From Protoeuglena noctilucae (Eukaryota): DNA of 64,000 nt. Under the pieces are notes generated by a model. That model saw only the letters and a program-made list of their open reading frames with translations, had not been told where the DNA came from and did no database searches. The number at the start of each line of letters is the position of its first letter. Position 1 is the first letter of the stretch. The stretch lies in the NCBI GenBank assembly GCA_958009085.1, contig OY253675.1:620001-684000 (forward strand). Reading direction: 5' to 3'. The position numbers and the translations under genes were made by a program. This document shows positions 57,581-64,000 of this stretch, piece by piece.

Positions 57581-58209
57581 TCAGCCACAGCGCCTAGTGT
57601 GCCTACATCTCCTGCGTGTCCGTGCGGTGCGGGCGGGGCTGCCCATCTCGCGCAAGGGGCTGCGTGCCGGGATGCTTGCGCTTCCGGAGCCTGCGGAGGG
57701 GCACTCGTTGCCATCGGAGGCCGTTTCGAGGCACAGATATGCAGGAGCGCATTCATTTACGCTGCAGCTGGCGCACCCGGGGACCCGGAAGTCCGGACCG
57801 TGGCGCATGAGCTCCAGGAGGGTCGGCTGGTCTTGCGACTCCGGGTCGACTGCCGGGGCCTGCTTGGCCTCCGCCGGGCCGGCGATCGCGGGGTTGGAGG
57901 TCAGCTCCGTCTGTACCAGGACCGGCCGGACTGGAACGGGCTTGGGCGCGTGGGCCACGAGCGTGTCCACGGGGCAGAGCTCGACCTGCAGTGGCGGGGC
58001 CTGGGTGCGGTCCCTGGGTCCACACGACGCATGCCCGGCTGCTCTTAAGGGAACGCAACCATTCGGGTCCTGGGAAGCGTGCTCCATCGCGCCAAACGCG
58101 GCAATCGCCCCGCTGACAACGAGCCTCCTCACCTCGACCGCGCACCCGTCCTTAGCTTTCATCAGCAATGCGATGCATTTCGCGTTGTGACTCTGTATTT
58201 TCTCCATTA
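57581..58209 (-). CDS. Hypothetical protein
   Basis: Open frame from an ATG (MEKIQSHNAKCIALL...) with a Cys cluster (CASCSVNEC); no recognised domain. Confidence 0.3.
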
Positions 58210-58485
58210 TTCCGGAGCCGAGGAGCCGCGGGAGCGAGCCGGGGCGGGGGTGCTGGGCCCTCCGATGAATTCGAAAGCGGAGCGAAGTTGCAAGCCTCGC
58301 TATGGCCACGGCGGCAGACAATGGTTTGAAGGGCGAAAAGCACATGTGCGAAGGAGGTGAGTCGGGTCCAGGGCGAAAGTCCGTCCAATGGTCTGACGAA
58401 GGCGGGCGCAGCTGCGTCAGGCTAAGCTAGCGTCGACTGGAGCATCCCTAGAACCCAGGGACCGCGTCCTTCGCCTTGCTATCGC

Positions 58486-59933
58486 TCAGGCCGGCCGCCG
58501 CAGAAGGGGAGCACGGTAGCGCAGGATCTTGAGCGGAGGGTCATCCACCAGCACTCTCTCGCCGTTCTTGTACGCCAGCCTGCGCCAAGCTGGAAGAAGC
58601 AGGCTCAGCTGTAAGGTGCATCCGAAGCAGCCCCGTCGCACCACGGCCCCTGCTCGCTCGCCTGAGGTGCGGGCCCAGGAGGAACGCCACCAGCGCCCCG
58701 CCAACCAGGCCCCCAATGTGTCCAAAGTTGTCGACGTTCACCGATACGAGCCCGTACAGCAGGTTGACGCCGATGGTGCGCGCAAGCGAGTTGCGGTAGG
58801 CCTCCATGTTCGGGAGCAGCTGCGGGGAAGGGAGGGTTGTGATCGGCATGTACGTGTGCAACGATGTCAAACGCTGTTGGCACTGTCATGGACATGACTA
58901 CCTATCACACACCTTCTCGTGCCGCTGGGCGAAGACCCACATGGCCCCTGCCAGGCCGAACAGCGCTCCCGACGCCCCCACGGCCGGCGCAGAGGAGAAG
59001 GCAAAGGAGGCGAGCGTGCCCGTGACGGCCGCCACCGCGTAAATGACGGCGAATCTGCGCGCCAGGTCGCAGGGCGGACCGGTCAACACCTGTATGCGAG
59101 CAGCACGTCAACCCACACCACCGCACGCGCCCTTACCGGACGCGCCCGCTGATCTGCTCGACCTCGGGCCCCACAGAGTTCAGGAACATGCTGTTGAACG
59201 CCAGGTGCATGACGTCGGCGTGCAGGAAGGCTGGCGTGATGAACCGCCACGCCTGCGGCCGACGTGTGAGTGTACGTGCTGTCAACTACAGGGAGCGGGC
59301 CAAAGCATGCGCGGCGTAGGTCACCGCCCGCAACTCAGATGTCAAAGTCGCTCTTCCTTACCTGCCCGGCAAGGATGAGCTCGTTGATCTTGGCACCAGC
59401 CAAAAAGAGACGCCCGCGCAGAATCGCGTCGGCGGCAAACACAGCCACGTTGATGCCCAGCAGGATGTCCGTGATGCGCCTCGAGTCATTCCCGAACCCG
59501 GACTGCCTCCGCATCCGCCGGCCGTAGGGCCTGCGCCAAGACGTGCGAGTGGCTCGTCGCAACCATGGCCGATACGGCCAAGCGCAGAGCCCAGGCAGCC
59601 TAGCTGTCGTAGCCCGCAACTTGCCTGGAGTGAAGGGTTGTTGCAGCGAAGGCTCCGCCGCAAATACCGCAGGCCGCGAGAGTGGTGACCCGCCGCGGCC
59701 CCGTGAGGCGTGGCCTGCCACATCCTGCGCCGCCCCTTGCGCCCCGGACCCCGCAATCGGCTCCCTGCAAGCCGGCACGGGATCGATGTAACGAAGCAGT
59801 TTGTGAGACGGCCTATGCGATCGGGAACGAGGAGCGTGGATGATCAATCTCTCACCTCCCCCCCGGTGTCCCTACCCCGGCGCCAGCTGCCAGGCCAAGG
59901 CTTCCCCGACCACTGCAATGGAATGCTCCGCAT
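58486..59933 (-). CDS. Rhomboid serine protease (plant RBL10-like)
   Basis: TDILLGINVAVF, GAKINELILAGQ|AWRFITPAFLHADVMHLAFNSMFL, VGASGALFGL (catalytic Ser) and NFGHIGGLVGG (catalytic His). The start is inferred. Confidence 0.92.
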
Positions 59934-60537
59934 CAGGGGTCGCAGCTCCGCTCCCAACGACGGAACCCGCCCCTGAGCGCAACGAGTGAGCTGGTCCCGG
60001 TCACGACCCCCTCCCTGACGACCTCCGCGCACCCGAGCTACGAGCAAAGGTCCGCGTGCTTGAAAGGACAAGGCAAAAACGAACGCGCTCCCCACAACTC
60101 GCCTGCGCGGCCTGCGTCACGCGGGCCGTGATGACGTACTAAGCAAAAAGGAACTGGTGGATGGGATGCGAGGGACGAGGCAACGCAGCCGGGATGCGCT
60201 CGCGACACTGGGTGTTCAGATTGTCGAGATGAGCGTGACATTGCGGCTCTCGTGCTCGTCAGATGCCGAACAGGGTGGTGCCCTACACAAGTGTGGCAGC
60301 CACACTGGCTCTTTGGCACGATTCAAGGGACTTGCGCTTAGGCCCGGTTGTGCGCTGTACAGTTCGCCACGCTGGATGGGGACTGGAGCGTCGGATGGGA
60401 GGATTGGCGCGCGGAGTGCACGCCCAAGTGCTGGCTGAGCCATGAGCGCAGGTGAGCGTCGCTGCCAGGGGGTCCCCGACGCTCGCTGTCGGGAATTCGC
60501 AAGCGCGGCGTTCGATATATACGCAGGCGGCTCTGCG

Positions 60538-63500
60538 ATGCCGTCGGAGGGCCCGGCCTGGCGGAGGGTGCTGGCCTTCCAAAGCGGCGCGATGAAGGAG
60601 GACCCGCCGAGCCAGACCAGCCGCGATGAGGCGTGCAGCCTGCCGGAGGTGACGAGACGGATGCCTTGTCGCTTTGGGGGAAGCCTGTGTGGGTGGCGGT
60701 GTCCCGATTCCCGCTGCCGTGTGTGCCCCGTGTGTGCCCTCGCTGCCGCTGCGACGTCTCCCTCCTCTCGTTCGACGCCATCTTCGCCTATCGAACGCAG
60801 GCCGTGCATCCAGTGAGCGCGCGTGGCCTGAGCGCGGGGCCCGGCACCTCTGGAGCGCCACCAGTGCGCGACCCAGAGACGCCGTGCGACGCCTCCGCGG
60901 ACCTCTTTGCGGACTTTTTCTGGCACGGGACCGTCAAGTCTTCTTCCGGGAAGCGCTTGTCGCAGTCGCCGGCCACGCCGGCAGCTGGCTCTCCTGCGCC
61001 CGGCCCCGCCAAGCGCCGCAAGGTGCCGCCCTTCTCCCGCTCGGCCCCGCCCGCGGCCCGCGGCGTGCGGAACTCCCAGAGTCAAGGCACGGCGGAGGCG
61101 GACGATTCGGGGGACTCGGATCCGGAGGGCGGGGACGGGCGCGAGCGCGTGGCATCGCCTGCCGAGTTGGCCCCTGCCCCGAGGGACGCGCCGTTGGGAT
61201 CTCAGGCGGAGGTCGCGGCTGTGGCGGAAGAGAGCAGCAGTGAGGAGGAGGCGATGGATGACGCAGACGCGGCCCCGGACGACCTGCTGTTGCCCCCCAG
61301 CGCGCGCCGACAGCTGCGGGTGCCGGGGCACGTGGGGCGATACCTGAGGGACTACCAGATCGAAGGCGTGGCGTTTCTGGCGAGGCGGTACCTGGAGGGA
61401 CTCGGGGCGATCCTGGTGGACGACATGGGCCTGGGCAAGACCCTGCAGGTCATCGCGTTTCTGGCAGGGGTGCACCAGCACTGCCAGGAGGAGGAGGAGC
61501 CGTTCTCGGTGTTGTTGATATGCCCCACGTCGCTGAAGGACAATTGGATCGACGAGTTCGAGAAGTGGGCGAAGAAGGGGCAGGCGAGCATCTGGTGAGA
61601 GATTTGTAAGTACGGAGGCTGTGTTGAGAGAGAGCGAGCAATGGCAAGCGGCGGGGGGCAAAACCCTGCTTGTCGCACGCGACCCGGCATGTTACTTTGC
61701 TTGCCCGCTGGGTGTAATCACAGCACGATCGCTGTTTCATCGCAGCACGATCCTTACCCCTGCATCGTCACCCGTCCCCTCCTCGCAGCGTGGACAAGGC
61801 CGAGGGCAAGGACTTGGACAACAAGATCAACCGCATCCGTAACGGCCGCCTGCACGTGCTGGTGGTGTCGCTGGGTCTGGTGCGGACTTATATCCAGGAG
61901 CTGGCGGAGGTGGATTTCACGGCGGTGGTGGTGGACGAGGCGCACAAGATCAAGAACATGGAGAGCAAGGTGGGTTGGGGATGGTGGGAGATGATGGGAG
62001 ATGGGCAGCTGAGATGATGTAAGATGCAGAGCAAGGTAACGGGAGGTGTGACGGGGGGCGGGGAGATGGGGTATGAGGGCGAGCCACCTGACGGAGCACG
62101 ATTGACTGCTGTCGATGCATGGATGGATTGACACTAACAATAATGCACTCGCCTTTTCCATACAGGCGTTCAAGGCCTGCATGAAACTGCGGACACCGCT
62201 GCGGTACGCCCTGACTGGCACGCCCATGCCCAACAGATACGGTGAGGGTGGGGAGAGGGTGGTGGTGACAACAAGGGGGTGAGTGAAGGCATGTACAATG
62301 GCAGTGCAGTGCGGATGGGGAGAGAGAACGTGAGGGGTGGCTGTGGTAGTCATGCATGTGATGGTGGGACAGTAAGTGAGGGCCCTCGTCTTTACCCCTC
62401 ACACCCTCCCAGAGGAGCTCTACGCTCTGGTGGAGTGGGTGACGCAGGGCGACAACCCCCTGGGGGACATCAAGGTGTTCAGAGACGAGATCAGCAGGCC
62501 GCTGAGGGAGGGGTTTGACGCGCGGGCCACCCAGGCGCAGAGGGCCAGGGCAGAGGCGGTGCTGCACCGGGTGCAGAACAGGATCAAGTGAGGGAGAGGG
62601 AGGGTTGGTGTGAATGTTTGGATGAGTGGTTGGTGTTGATGTCAGTTGATGGAGATGGGCGGTTATTATTGATGGGTGGTGTTTGTACTAACCCCAAAGC
62701 GAGGGTGTTTGATTACTGGTCGTGCTATGCCATGGGTAATTACCAAGCATCGTCATGCTTGTCACCGCATCAGACACACCAGACCTCGCCACCTCCCTTT
62801 ACTCTCCCCAACCCCCCAGGCGCCTTCTCCTGAAGAGGTCCAAGGACGTCGTGCTCCGTGACGTGCTGCCGATTAAGCGGGATCTCTTTGTGCTGTGCCC
62901 GATGAGCGCGGTGCAGACGGCGGCGTATGAGAGGCTGCTGTTGTCGGAAGACACGCAGTGGGTCATCGACGTGGTGATTAGAGGAGTGGGGAAGGGGGGG
63001 GAGGTGAGGAGCATGGATGTGGGAGTGGGTGGTGATTTGGGGGGACGGGAAGGGGGCGGAGGTGAGGGGCGGTGGTGGGGAGATGTGGCAGTGGTTGGGT
63101 GACGGTGGGTGTGTGGCTGACCATTGACATAGTGCGTTTAGAGGGGAGGTGAAGGGCTGTACGAGGGTGGGCGCGTTGAGAGGGAGGGTGCAGGCAGTGT
63201 GGATGTGAGAGCGACAGGGTGCCACTACCACCGAACGTGCTCTCTGCCAATCGTGCTTTGCCCTTCTCTCTCTCAGATGGTGATGGATCCAGAGACCAAG
63301 GGTCCCCTGTGGCGGTCGCTGCACTGCTGCCAGTGCCCCAATGAGGACGGCAAGTGCAACAAGCACAGGCCGGAGGTAAGGGGTGGTGGCTGTGTGAGAT
63401 GGTGGCGGTGGGGGTAGCAGTGAGACTCACCTCACCCCACCCTCACACACCCCACCCTCTCACCCCACCCCACACTCTCTCAACCCCCCCCCCCCCCCCC

Positions 63501-64000
63501 CCCCCCCCCAGGGCTGCGAGCCCAAGGGCTTGTTCCAGGGCTGCCCCCAATGCCTGCTCTTTAGCACCCTGGACTTAATGTGGAGGACCGCCAATCACTT
63601 GGAACTGATCAAGGCCAACCCCGTCAAGGACCCCCCCCACAAGGTCGCGACTGACAGGGACGTCGCCAGAATGGCGTTTGGGGAGGACCTGGAGGCCGCG
63701 GGGGGCACGGACCGCATGCAGAAGTTCGAGTTCCTCATGGACTCGAGACAGGTGAGGGTGCTCACCCTCACTCACCTTCACTCTCCCGTGACCCTCCCAG
63801 TACTGACTCACTCCCACTTTACCATACCACTCCCAGTGCGGCAAGCTCCGTGTCCTGGACTTACCTCATCCTCTCCCACTCTTTTTGCCCCTCACAGTAG
63901 TAATGACTCACTCACCGTTACTCACCCTCACATTCTCCCTCACTCACCCCCCCCCTCCCCCCCCCTCACTCCCTCTCCCAGTGCGGCAAGCTCCGTGTCT
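60538..64000 (+). CDS. SNF2-family ATPase, ERCC6L2/CHR9-like; partial, runs off the window
   Basis: LRDYQIEGVAFL, GAILVDDMGLGKTLQVIAFL, VLLICPTSLKDNW, VVDEAHKIKN, ALTGTPMPN, ANHLELIK and CGKLRV. The start is uncertain. Confidence 0.9.

Noticed and set aside
61584..61590. Possible GC donor (cag|gcgag) in the SNF2 gene
   Set aside because: The frame of the next exon fits the GT donor at ~61595 (ASIC|VDKAEG), so it was not counted.
60216..61661. 481-aa minus-strand ORF
   Set aside because: Antisense shadow of the SNF2 gene; no domain features.
63484..63509. Long C homopolymers (also ~4114-4133) as functional elements
   Set aside because: Part of the C-rich 3' intron tracts; homopolymer length is unreliable in assemblies.

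Overview
Intron-rich, GC-rich eukaryotic nuclear DNA, most consistent with a chlorophyte green alga (plastid chaperonin-60 beta with a transit peptide, TmcB-like multi-PAS membrane protein, SLBP, probable flagellar protein). About 16 spliced genes can be reconstructed by eye: TmcB-like PAS protein, SLBP, NUFIP1/Rsa1, BET/GTE bromodomain protein, RAD51 paralog, GST, STE20 kinase, a TET/JBP-family dioxygenase, a probable ciliary protein, UDP-GlcNAc pyrophosphorylase, OST48/WBP1, ABC1 kinase, an ALY-like UBM protein, CPN60B, a rhomboid and a SNF2 (ERCC6L2/CHR9-like) ATPase. Three things stand out. (1) A TET/JBP-type 2OG-Fe(II) dioxygenase gene is fused to CW zinc fingers and a C-terminal CXXC-like motif, a candidate chromatin-targeted DNA base-modifying enzyme. 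(2) Many introns hold short 'echo' copies of the neighbouring exon end plus splice site, and the mismatches are mostly synonymous. (3) About 17 introns use GC donors, mostly AG|GCGAG. All gene models and family calls are manual; no searches were run, and several start codons are uncertain.
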